Positions 1 to 11,700 of a stretch of DNA of 64,000 nucleotides are shown here, piece by piece. Below the pieces are notes generated by a model. It had not been told where the DNA came from. It ran no database searches and was given only the letters and a program-made list of their open reading frames with translations. This DNA comes from Octopus vulgaris (lineage: Eukaryota). Position numbers and translations under genes: made by a program. The DNA lies in contig OX597814.1 of assembly GCA_951406725.2 (NCBI GenBank), positions 40,300,001 through 40,364,000 on the forward strand, in the 5' to 3' direction. The number at the start of each line of letters is the position of its first letter. Position 1 is the stretch's first letter.

Positions 1-706
1 TTTCACTGACGCTATCACCCTTCTCCTCCTTTCTCTTTGCAAGTTTGCAGCTATTAAAGTGAAAACAGTGAATCCGACAGCGATTAAGAAAATGAATTGG
101 TACCTGAATGGAGTTAAAATTTAAAAACTGTTTCCTTCGGTGATTTTTCTGAAGAAACTGCACCAAGCCACAGACTTTCCCAGAAGTGTAAAGCCTTAAA
201 CTATTTCTTTTTACTTTTTCGAATGAGCCCATTTGAAATCATTACGGCAGAAACGAACTGTTACGCTAAACGTAAACAAAACGAAAGAAAGGATAGTTTG
301 TGGTTTCCCACAACCTTAAATGAAATTAAGGCCTATTTTGCCATAAATATTATTATGGGTATCAGAAAGTTACCCAGAATAACAAATTCTATCGTAAAAT
401 TTTGTTGTATACCCAATTGAATATTAGCTAATAACCCATTTTCTATAGCGATGTTTGAACAAAATTTTAATAATTTTATATATTGTTGAATTTACCTGTA
501 TCTACCTGCAATTAGAGTCACTTTGTGACAAAAATTATAGTATAGAATTGGTTGAGGACATTTCATTAAATTATTTTCCAAAAATCACATTAATATATTG
601 ATAAATAAAAAAGTTTAATGAAACCAGACTAAATTTATCATTACGTTAGAAAATAATTGAAACACATAAGGGGTGTATTTTGAACAGAAATATAGTAACG
701 AATGGG
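1..706 (+). mobile_element. Internally deleted piggyBac-like DNA transposon (right part)
   Basis: ORF 223-420 (FEIITAETNCYAK...WFPTTLNEIKAYFAINIIMGIRKLP) matches the N-terminal part of piggyBac/PGBD transposases and then breaks off. The element ends ...aatGGG (704-706) followed by TTAA (707-710), the canonical piggyBac terminus and target site. Confidence 0.8.
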
Positions 707-818
707 TTAAGAAAAACAAAAAAATATTTTATTCTTTATAAATGTTGTGTTCAAAATAACATTTTCTTTTAAGAATGTGTATATTACAGAGTATGTGTAT
801 ATAACTACATGACTTATA

Positions 819-1217
819 TCTTTATATATAAGAGTGAAGTTGTGTGTCTGTCTCCTACGATTTAGATTCCTAACTACTCCCACATTTTGCGGTGCAGTGT
901 AACCAAAACCGGGTATCTTATAATCGTGAGTCATATCGAACCCTTCTGGGTATTAACGCGCGTCTACGATGAGTCTACGATTTTAAAAATATTTACCATC
1001 ATATTTTTCCATTTTTATGCATTTTTTTCGCTATTATATAAGGGAAGTAACTCTCTAAAAATATCTACGATGTGTCAACGATTTAAAAAAAAAATACCTT
1101 AATTTTTTTTTTCCATTTCTAATGCATTTTTTTCCTATTTTTTGGCTATAACTCTCTAAAAATGCTTATATAGTTATTTCCCTTACAAACCCGAGCAACG
1201 CCGGGCGATACTGCTAG
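819..1217 (+). mobile_element. Non-autonomous Helitron
   Basis: Starts TC (819) after an A and ends CTAG (1214-1217) before a T. GC-rich subterminal hairpin CCCGAGC-AAC-GCCGGG at 1190-1205. No target-site duplication. Confidence 0.85.
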
Positions 1218-1269
<52 letters not shown>

Positions 1270-1604
1270 CAAAGAACATCGTGCAGTTACAATGTACACA
1301 CAATCTTTATTTTCTTTTTCTCAATCTTAGGTTTCACCTGTATGTCCAGTTACAGTTGTGTATCTCTTACATTATTTTATCATTAAATATCACTTCGAAA
1401 ATGAGCAAGACATATTTTTGATTGCAAGAGTTGAAATATTACCGTCCTGAATAAGTGAATAATTTCCACTGTCGCATAAATTATCACTTTCACATATATA
1501 ATTATTGCTTTGACAAACTACACGTCTTTTGTCACACACACAAACACACACAAACACACACAAACACACACACACACACATACACACTCACACACACATT
1601 ACAC

Positions 1605-1965
1605 TTTTACTCATTTACTTGTTTCAGTAATTTGTATGCGGCAATACTGGAGTACAGCCTTTAGTCGAACAAATGGCCCCATGGCCTATTCTTTGTAAGC
1701 CTAGTACTTATTGTATCGATTAATTTTGCCGAAACGCCATGTTACGGTGACATAAACACACCAGCATTGTTTGCCAAGTGATGGTAGGGGGAACACAATA
1801 TAGACACAGACACACACACACATACGCACACACATATATATATACGACAGGCATCTTTCAGTTTCTGTCAACCAATTCTAGTCACAAGGATTTATTCAGC
1901 CCGAGGCGATAGCAGAAGATACACAAGATGCCATACAGTGGGAATGAACCCGAAGCCGGCGCCTG
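1605..1965 (-). mobile_element. tRNA-derived SINE, family 1 (diverged copy)
   Basis: Colinear with the full copy at 30012-30404: ttacttgtttcagt tail, ttctttgtaagcctagtactta, internal (CA)n, cagtgggaatgaacccg B-box region. Confidence 0.85.
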
Positions 1966-3464
1966 TATCTGTGAGTAATTATTTCACACTTTGATATACA
2001 CCTGTTATTATGCCGATTAAAATACGTTCATTGTCTGCGGCTACCTGATGCCATCAATGATGGATGTGAATACCACTGCATTTACTTCAATAATTCCAGA
2101 TCCGCCGAAGGATGCAATACGACCACTTGTCCAGAATCTCACATGCTAACGGTGAGATTCTTGGCAAACAGTGCAAATTGAGTCGGAAGGACTGTTGTGA
2201 TCAAAGAAGAATCTCGTGCAATCAACTTTTTCATATTGCTCCCATGCCGTTATATGTGTGCATGTGTGTGTGTGCATGCGTGTGTTTCTGTCTGAGTGTG
2301 TGTCTGAGTGTGCTCGTGTGTTTCTGTGTGTTAGTGTGTAGTTCTGTGTGGAAGGGTTTTGTTATATGCCCTAAGTTACATTTATTAGTTCAGCGTGATT
2401 CATCTAATGAAAGCGTAGCGTAGGAAAAGCGCTGGGACATTTAGATGAAAATATTTCGGGCTATGCATAATAAAGATATGGATACCTTTTCAAATATCAA
2501 ACGCAGTGAAACAATTATCCGCACGGTGATTAATTAAGTTAAAAATTCTGAAAATAACGGCTTTATCAATTGATTACACAGTATTACAAATATTCTTAAA
2601 TTCCTTATTTGCGCCGCATTTCATTGTTTTTTGGCGGCATGTAGTATTATATTGAAAGTTTAGAAGCATTTTAGAAAATATGGTACGACGGAAAAGACAG
2701 AAAACCAATGCCTAGAGATATTTCCAATCCATATTGAAGTTAATTAATTTTAAATTACAAAACTGGCACCCTTAAGAAAAAACAAATTATTGTTTAAATT
2801 ACTTCTTTTTCTTGTAAATATGTGGACAGTTTTGTAATAAATAATATTTTATCAATTTATTTTTGCTTTAGTTTTCGAATTTATTTTGTTGATGCATTTG
2901 TATTTCTTCATTATACAAATGTATTTTCTTTTGCATTTTATAAATGTGCACACCTGTCTCAATAAAAGCTCAAGTAAAATGAAATAATGACGATGATGAT
3001 GACGGTGAAGTTCATGATGACGACGAGGGTGGTGGTAGTGATGATAACGATGACGACGATGTTGAACCTGGTGGAAGTAAACAATTTTCATTACACAAAG
3101 CAATGCTGTGAAGTTGAGTTGAAATGCTAATTGAGGGAAAACCATAGGAAAATAGACCTGGAGGGATAAAACGATGCACGATTCTTCTTTGCGATGGACA
3201 CTAAATAGATACCTTATATTGAAGACTAAAATAATGCTTGGAATTGGTTACAAAATGTTACTTGCAGTCGGGAACTTAGGTCTTAATATTCGCTGTGTAG
3301 AAAAAAGTGTTCAGAATGAACTAAACTACATCAACCACAAGATTGACCATTCCTCAGTATCTTACAAAGGTAGACTGCAAGGGAGAGAGAATGTGTGTGT
3401 GCGAGAGAGAGAGATAGAGGAGGAGGAGGAGAGCGAAATACGGAAGGCTAGAGCGGTGTGTTTT

Positions 3465-4010
3465 AAGCGAATGTAGGAAAACGACTTAGAAAAATACAAG
3501 AAAAGGCATCACAATATCACAAGAATGAATCATTAGAAATCATCCAATGAGTTTCGATTAGAAGAGGTGAGAAAATGGTTTGAACTTGAGCTAAAAGATG
3601 TGGTAGAGAGTGAAAAGACCTTGGAACGTAGTGGTCTTATATGAACATGGAACCGAACATCGAAAATCTGAAATTGTGCTGCTAAGAAAGGAGAAAAATC
3701 GAAAGTTGTGAAAACGATCACATGACCTGTTAACATTAGAGACTTCGGAAGCGACATATGAAGTTCTCAAAAAGGATAGGGAAGTGCTATGGACAATGAG
3801 CCATATACGAATTGTGCAAAAAATAATAGTTATCATGAGTAGAGTGAGAAAAGATTTTAAATTGCTTGGACAAAATAGTCAAGGAAGTGAGAATAGAGTA
3901 CATTCTAAAAAGAGTGATATTTCGCAATTGTAAAGATACATTTGAATTCTCCAAGATTTCCAAAAAGCACATCTTATTTCCCAGCATATTAACAGCTCGT
4001 AAGTTGATGA
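3465..4010 (+). mobile_element. Degenerate R4/Dong-like non-LTR retrotransposon 3' fragment (RLE domain)
   Basis: Hand translation across stops gives KYKKRHHNITRMNH*K...KWFELELKDVVESEK and YEVLKKDREVLW, matching the YKxRHD/KWYEH/LW pattern of RLE-clade elements. Confidence 0.6.
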
Positions 4011-4109
4011 CACTTGCAGCAACTATCTGAATAATAACAACAACAACAGCAACAATAATATTAATGATGATGATGAGGAGGAGGAGGAGGAGGAAAACAA
4101 GCCAATATT

Positions 4110-4565
4110 AGTTCGCTATGATAGGCTAGAACAGGATTTACATTGGAAAATATCTAAACGCTAAAAATTCAACACTCCTCTTTACTGGTATGATCATCTT
4201 CCTGGGCCAGTCGTTGAAAGTAAAAATGTCCCAATCCTCTAGGAATATCCACTTAACACAGATTGAATGATTCAGGATAATCGACCACATATAGTCATTA
4301 AAGACGGAAGAAAATATTTGTAAACTAATAAATGTAAGTTTTCCATTGGAAAAATATATCTGTAAAGGAATTTAACAAATTAAGTACCTGAAAACTGAAA
4401 TACAATTACGTGGCATTTTACTGCAGGAACTGTCTCTGTCATTGTGGGTGTTCTAAATATGATGAGAAAGGGATGTCAAAACCTCTAGATAATATCCCAA
4501 GAGAACCATGTCTCAGGGAAACCCAAAAGAATGTTGCTGACATACTGCGCAAAACCCTACCAACT
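4110..4565 (+). mobile_element. R4/Dong-like RLE retrotransposon 3' fragment
   Basis: RYDRLEQDLHWKISK, WYDHLPGPVVESK, TD*MIQDNRPHIVIKD, ...ETQKNVADILRKTL. Preceded by an AAT/AAC/GAT/GAG repeat. Confidence 0.75.
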
Positions 4566-4977
4566 GAAATATTTGTGTTGTATTACATATCGATATTTCG
4601 CTTCTGCCCCTGCCGCTTCTCCTCTCGAAGCTTTCAGTCATATTATAACATCTCTCAGTCTTCAGTCACCTGGGGAGGCTGGGGTTTTCTCGGTAAGTGA
4701 TTGTAACAAACAAGCAGATGAAAAGTAAAGAAACTGGAAATACAATGAAAGATTGAGGTCTAGCAAAAAGTAGCCTTATATGGAACAGCGAACATCATAA
4801 GGAAAGTATTGTCTGTCTGAGGTCGTTGTTGTGACTTGACAGATGACTAAAGACTCCGGTGCATTATTACTTACACTGTATTGCGAAGGAATAATAACAA
4901 CAACAATAATAATAATTATAATAATAATGATAATCATAATGATGAGGATGAGGATGATGATGACGATGATGATGATA

Positions 4978-5021
<44 letters not shown>

Positions 5022-5675
5022 ACTTATCAGATCAGAGCACCCAGGAACAAGCTCTGAGAACTCATTACACCAAGTTCCAAATAGATGAGAATAGCGAATT
5101 GCCTTATTGTAGGTTGAGTAGCAGCTGACCGGAAACAATCTCACATATTGTGAGTGACTTAGCAGGAAGGTACAAAAGCCGTACAAAAGAAACAAGATAA
5201 CACGGTTAAGTTCGTCCAATTGAGGTTATGCGAAAAATACAGATGGTACAGAGCACGGAAATGGTACGACCATGAACAAGAAGGAGTCACTGAGAAGGAG
5301 GACCATAAGATACTGTGGGATTTTGCAATCTAAAGTGACTCCCTAATCGAGGTTCGGAGTTTAGATATTGTTGTCGTAGAGAAAATGAAAAAAGAAAATA
5401 GAGATCATAGATATAGTAATACCTGGAAATACGTACATAAGTAAGAAAGAACTAGAAAAGATTGAAAATTAGAGACTAATGATAGACGAAATTGCAACAA
5501 TGTGGACTACGAAGAGAGTGTCTGTCATTCCAGTAATCATATGGGCACTCGGAGCACTAACGAGTAAGTTCGAAAAGGATGTCGAAGAAATCGAAATTGA
5601 CATGAGAGCACAGCAAGCCCAGCACACTGCTCTTTTGGGATAGTTAATACTTTGGGATTAGTGCTCGGATGTTGA
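5022..5675 (+). mobile_element. R4/Dong-like RLE retrotransposon 3' fragment (zinc knuckle + RLE)
   Basis: QEQALRTHYTKFQID...YCRL...ETISHIVS; KWYDHEQEGVTEKEDHKILWDFAI; IIDIVIPG...KELEKI; MWTTKRVSVIPVIIWALG; TALLG. Flanked by (AAT/GAT)n upstream and (AAT)n downstream. Confidence 0.85.
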
Positions 5676-5783
5676 ATGTCTCCTACGATAACTAACAATC
5701 AAGGATCAAAGCTTGCAATGTGCAAAAAGAGATTCCAAGCAGTGACCTGAAAAATAACAATAATAATAATAATAATAATAACA

Positions 5784-5965
5784 TTGAAAAACACCTTAGG
5801 AATGAGAACCCAGGTTCGAAATTTCCCCAAGACACCTGAAGAAGGCTGGAGGGTATATCAGCCGAAACGTTGTGTTAGCAACAAACAAGATGAGGACAAA
5901 TATCAGTTGGATGTAAATAATGTAAATAATGTACATAATTCCTCATCTCTTAAATATAGAATTGT
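5784..5965 (+). mobile_element. Short hammerhead-bearing repeat (Penelope pseudo-LTR / retrozyme-like module, family A)
   Basis: ~180 bp unit between (AAT)n and (CTT)n. A related copy lies on the minus strand at ~28750-28850. Contains a hammerhead core. Confidence 0.7.
5831..5876 (+). ncRNA. Minimal type I hammerhead ribozyme
   Basis: Stem I GACAC/GUGUU; core CUGAAGA plus one extra A; stem II GGCUG/CAGCC; GAAAC-GUU with palindromic AACGUU in place of stem III. Confidence 0.8.
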
Positions 5966-5967
5966 AA

Positions 5968-6225
5968 GCTTCTTCTTCTTCTTCTTCTTCTTCTTCTTCT
6001 TCTTCTTCTTCTTCTTCTTCTTCTTCTTCTTCTTCTTCTTCTTCTTCTTCTTCTTCTACTCCTTCTTCTCCTTCTTCTTCCACTCCTTCTTCTTCTTCCA
6101 CTTCTTCTCCTTCTTCTTCTTCTCCTCCTCCTCTTTCTTCTCCTTCTTCTTCTTCTTCTTCTTCTTCTTCTTCTTCTATTTCTTCTTCTTCTTCTTCTTC
6201 TTTGTCTTCCTCTTCTTCTTCTTCC
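5968..6225. repeat. (CTT)n microsatellite
   Basis: Direct reading; source of the poly-F and poly-E ORFs. Confidence 0.98.
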
Positions 6226-6485
6226 ACGACTTTATTCCGTTCTTTCGTTTCTTCATGCAGTATACTGCCAATGCTTACTTTCTTGGAAGGAAATCTTCGA
6301 AGAAATTTGAAAAGGATAAGCTTTGTATCACCCCTAAAATGGGACTTTAGTTAACAAAGGTCAGTCCTCCAGAGGGGTAGCTGGCTTGCAAAACGATTTA
6401 AACCACAAAATATTGTATAGAACCCTTTTTAAACGAGTGAATTAGTCAATATTACAGTACTCCAAAAAATACATCACCAGGTTTC

Positions 6486-6507
6486 AATAATGATGATGAT
6501 GATGATG

Positions 6508-6594
<87 letters not shown>

Positions 6595-6675
6595 GTAATA
6601 ATAATAATAATTATTATTATTATTATTATTATTATAATAATAATGATAAATAAATAAATAAATAGATAAATAAAT
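6486..6675. repeat. (GAT)n(AAT)n(ATT)n(AAAT)n compound microsatellite
   Basis: Direct reading. Confidence 0.98.
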
Positions 6676-6679
6676 ATAT

Positions 6680-7580
6680 ACATGGCATGTAAAGGGAAGA
6701 GTCGACGGTCAGTTTGCAAGAGAAATAAGCGCCAGGACAGATACTGAAGGCCGGTGGTTATGTTATAGGAGGAGTAACCTAAAGATAAATATGGCTCATT
6801 TATATGCGCGTTTCACAAGAAATAGATTATAGGCTGAACTGTATGAAGTGAAGAATAGTCACTTCAGAAGTGAAGAATGTGCGGTGAAAGGGGTGAAATA
6901 ATACTTTCTTAACCTCTAAGTATGGAACTGCATCCTTTGTCGAAGTTTGCATACAAAAAGCTCTCAAAGCAACTAGAATACTACCTCGCAATTTAAATGA
7001 TATGCTTTTGTAATCCAGGAACATGAAATATCAACCTGATGCACAAAATGGATATCACCCATATCATAAGCAGTTGTCCGAAAATGTTATCACGTTATAG
7101 TCTACCGATGAGACATGATGTTATAGGTAGGACACACTATAATGATATCTATCAGAAGGATAACCCCGAGGACAAAGAAATAAGAACTCACTTAGTCACT
7201 CATAATGAAAAAGAAGTACTGGTGAAAAATCCCTGTGAAAACCCCAATAAAATGTAAACACAATAGACATGACGTAATGATTTAAGCCAGAGCATAGAAA
7301 CTGTACAGTTGTGGCAATCAGCTGCCCAGCAGATGTTAATGTAAAGCAGAATATCAGCGAAAAAGAAAATACCTACGTTGAACTATTGTGAAATCTGCAT
7401 TTACTCTATCCCGAGTACAAGTTCAGGTTCATAACTTTAATTATTTGAGCACTGTGATATGTAACACACATGAGAAAAGAGGCTTCTCAAAACCAGAAAT
7501 GAGAAGGCTTATTTGATGACTACAAATCAAAGCCATTACTCGAAATGTAAAAATCTGTAAAACATTCCAGATATTTATCA
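6680..7580 (+). mobile_element. Two adjacent RLE-clade retrotransposon fragments (about 6680-6870 and 6990-7580)
   Basis: WHVKGRVDGQFAREI...W; YAFVIQEHEIST; DITHIISSCPKM...PMRHDVIGR; ISCPADVNVKQNISEKENTYVELL...LYPEYKFRF. Confidence 0.7.
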
Positions 7581-7677
7581 TTTATGTATATATAAGCATG
7601 TCTAGATATGCAACAATACGCATGAAAATACATGCATAAAATACCATATAGATCTGCACATATGCATGCATAGACGC

Positions 7678-7730
<53 letters not shown>

Positions 7731-7811
7731 TACAGGTATAGATGTTCAAATTTCAATAAATGACACTTGGATTTAGCTTAGACACGGGTTCTTTCTGAAT
7801 TGGCAAGATAT

Positions 7812-8215
7812 ATTTTCTACTCTAGGCACAATGCCCGAAATGTTGAGGGAGAGCGTCAGTCGATTAGATCAACCCCAGTACGCAACTGTTACTTAATGAG
7901 AGGTAAAGTGGACCTCGGCGGAATTTGAACTCAGAACGTAAAGACATACGAAATACCACTAAGCATTTCGCCCGGCGGGCTTACGTTTCTTATTTCTCTT
8001 TAGTCCACAATTGACTAAACGAGACAAACAAGGACAGACAAAGTGATTAAGTCGACCACATTCACCCTAGTGAGTAACTGGTACTTAATTTATCGACCTT
8101 GTAAGGATGAAAGGCAGAGTCGACCTCGGCGGAATTTGAACTCAGAACGTATGGAAAGACGAAATACTGCTTATTATTTCATCCAGCGTGCTAACGTTTC
8201 TGCCAGCTCGCCACC
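7812..8215 (-). mobile_element. Tandem pair of tRNA-derived SINEs, family 2
   Basis: Two copies of gacctcggcggaatttgaactcagaacgta (B box GAGTTCAAATTCC on minus). Head GGTGGCGAGCTGGCAGAAACGTTAGC; central gcctttcatcc...gtcgataaattaagtaccag domain. Confidence 0.9.
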
Positions 8216-8756
8216 TTAATTGGCTAGAGATCCTGCAATGAAACTGAATGACAATAATAAATACATGCATACATACATTCATACATACCTACACACCGAT
8301 ACATATATATATCTGAGTAATGTCTATATCTGTCTGCGTATTATCTTAAGTGTACACGTGAGTGCTTTAGAAAATGTGTATATGACTGCATTTATTTGTA
8401 TATATTTGATACGACATATCAGTGAAAATCGTGCTCCGTGCCAAATATTTCGCCACTAGCTAATTTCTATTTACATGTTACGAAAACGCGAAACAAAATA
8501 TATGCTATAACTAAGTGTATATATAATAGAAGTCAAAGTTAAGTAAGCTCCTGGAATTAAGTAAAATCAAACGTTTTGAGCTATTCATTTTCATATAAAT
8601 ATACCTGCAGCCATTTTTATAATGCTTAAGATCCCTCGTTAAATATATTTTTTGTCTAGATTCTTTGCATATGTCAAACTTTAGAGATTGAGGTTTGCTT
8701 CTAATTCTTCATTGATAATTTAAAATTTAAGTCGACAGTATTCCTTTTGCGATAAA

Positions 8757-8974
8757 TGCTGGGAGCTGGTGGAAACGTTATCACGTCAGGCAAGATGTTA
8801 AGTTACATTTCGTCAGTATTTACGATCTGAATTCAAATTCTGCAGTGGTTTAGTGTGTCTTATACCACTTTTTGGGCCGATTAATTAGGTGCCAGTTGAG
8901 GACTGGAGTCAATGTAATCGACTTAGTCCTTTACCCCAAATCTCGAACTTTGTGCCAAAATTTGGAACCAATAT
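8757..8974 (+). mobile_element. tRNA-derived SINE, family 2 (diverged)
   Basis: gagctggtggaaacgttatcacg...gaattcaaattc...aatcgactta...ttgtgccaaaatttggaaccaat; colinear with the reverse complement of 7812-8215. Confidence 0.8.
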
Positions 8975-11529
8975 TCTTTCACGCTGTTTTGGCGCATTCA
9001 TATCTAGTACAGTATTCGGACATGCAAAACAGAGAGCAACCCGAGAGAAAAGCATTGTTCTATCAGATTCATTGCAACCACCTAAAGTGACTATCTATGG
9101 AAATAATTGATGCCCATAGAAAAAAGATGTTAACAAATGTTTGTTACTACATGACCGCATCCTACACTTAGATATGCATGCCTAAAATTTGCTAGGATTT
9201 TCCCTCTAGTAACGTGAATATTAAATATTTGAATTTGTTGTTCCTTGTAGTATTATATTGTCAATATAATGGCGTTCAAGATATAATGGTGTGTCATATT
9301 CTTTTTCAAGTAATATTTACAAATGCATTTTCAAGGATTGTGTCATATGTGGTTGACACAGTACTAGGTCAGTCGTTGAAGTATCACATGCATGTTATTT
9401 TATTTGTGTCTATATTTATGTGTCAGCAGACAAATACAAATTAGTATATTCATGAATTCTGATAATTGTATATAAATATTCATTTGTGGCATATGATAAA
9501 AGCTTTCAAATATATAATAATATTTTTTTTGAGATGTAGGCTTGAAATTCACTATGACACCTAATGATTTCCTTATAAATGTACATATTTTATTATGAAA
9601 CGTTATTTATTAAATTATTCTGAGTTACTGCAATAAATTAATTACGTTAGTACGTTTAAAACCTCCTTTACCTCACAAGTGAAACACGATACGTTTGCAC
9701 TAGTATAATCACTTATGTTTGCTTAATTATGTATGTTGTGCAAGAGTTTTCTTCCTTCGAGTCATTATAATTCTGCTTAATCTAATGTCAAATAGCATAA
9801 TTGATTTAAATATTTATTTCTCACTCCATGTTTTCGTAGGAAAGTTGTCAGTTGTTGACTTAATTATGTTCAGATAAAGGATGTTTATTTTTATATTGAA
9901 AAGAAAAAAAGAATATTAATAACAGCTACATTGGTATTGCCGTTATTGCTGCAGTTGCTGCTACCAACAGCCTGCTACTACTTCTGCTGCTGCTACTACT
10001 ACTACTACAAGTAATAATAATAATATTAATAACAACAGCATTAATATTAATGGTGATGATGATATTGACGATGATGATTTGGTTCATTGCTCTAGGATAA
10101 AACATTCACTAGTTCCAAACGTGCGTGTTGTTTTACTCTACAGATGGTTTCGTAATATTATTTCATATTAGTTTTGTGTTAGCTCTAGAAGAATGGTAAA
10201 TCACTGGTCGATATTCATTAGTCCACGAGGAAATATTGTGAAAACGCAGTAGTTTTTTTTCAAATGAAAACAGTATTAATATTTGCAAGGTGTCTGTGTT
10301 CTCGCTTTGCAGCTGGCGCGCAACACGAGGTAGCTGGAAGAGTTTACAGAAAATAAGCTTTTGTGGTCAGCTTCTGTCGGGATAGAACATTTCAATTTGA
10401 AATTAAGGATTACAAGGAGACGCCTAGAATCCACATGTGCTTTTAATGACACGGCAAACTCACTATCGGTTGGATATATCATGTAATCTATAGAGTAGAT
10501 ATTTTATGAAGAGGAAATTCATGGAAAATTTTCTTTCTTCATTCATAGAACGTCAGTTGTCCAGGAATCGTAAGAAAGAGAGAACACTCTCAGTGTTTAC
10601 ATACATATTAATGATCCTTTCCAGAGGCATAGTACTTTTGACAATCTCCTGAGTTAGCCAACAATTTGAACATCATCTACCAACAATTTCAGAAATATTT
10701 TTCTATTTGTAGGCAGGTAACTACATGTACATGTAGGCAGGTAACTATCCCTTTGACTTGAAATTAAGGAAAACAAAAAAAACATGAATAATGTCCTTAA
10801 AATAAACTGTAATAAACTTGCTGCAAAATTCTTGCATTATCTTGTTGATAGCATTACTGCATAGCACTAATTCACACGTTTTAGAAATCATGTGCACGAT
10901 TTAAACTGTAAATTATTGATTGAATATATTAGAAAGAGAGACATTTCATGAAAAATTCAGATGAAATTAATTATAGGCAAGGGAAAGTGTTTCTACATTT
11001 TTCCCTCACAGAACGCATTCCATCATTATGTTGTCACACAGTAATGCTATAAAGAAAAAAATATTAAAATTCAATATGATTATGTTTTAGAGTACAGTTT
11101 CGGCTATTAGGGCACTGCCTCTTACAGTAGAATGAGCCGTAAGCGAATGGAAGTATTTATGTGACGTCTACTTCACTTTTTGTTATTAATGTGTATGTTG
11201 TTAATTCACAGAAAACACTCATAAATCACATATATACACGCTTATGCATACGCATGCATTGACACATACACACACATGAACACCCACGTGCACATATACA
11301 TACACGCACATACACGACATATATATATACGAGGAGAGAATTTATGAGCATCCTAGATTACTATAATTTTAGTATATCTAGACTAAGTAACTGACCTGCT
11401 ATCATTTATTATTTCAGATTTAGGGAAACGGCTGTAACTAATCTTTCAACACAATATACGAAACACTGTTTGTCTCGTCACATGTGACTGACTTGCAGAA
11501 TGCAGTCTGGATGTAATGACAATTTGGAT

Positions 11530-11700
11530 ATACAGTGGGATCGCACAACATTATGCAATAAAGTTTTGTATTATACTGGACAAAATGTTTCCGAAACTTA
11601 TGAGATATATACATTGCTTATCTATTAACTTGTGTGAGCCGAGCATTTCTTTTACGTTGGCACAAGAAAGTACATGATACTCCCCATTTACAAGAGAGAT
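11530..11700 (+). mobile_element. mariner transposase N-terminal HTH relic
   Basis: Frameshifted QHYAIKFCIILD / QNVSETYEI / SRAFLLRWHK resembles the mariner QRYAIKFC..GK..SET..SRA.VFRWHK segment. Confidence 0.6.

Noticed and set aside
4776-6719. Long poly-I/M/F/E ORFs
   Set aside because: Translations of trinucleotide microsatellites; no protein features.
10276-10482. 68-aa ORF in a mildly GC-rich unique segment
   Set aside because: No recognisable motif; length compatible with chance.
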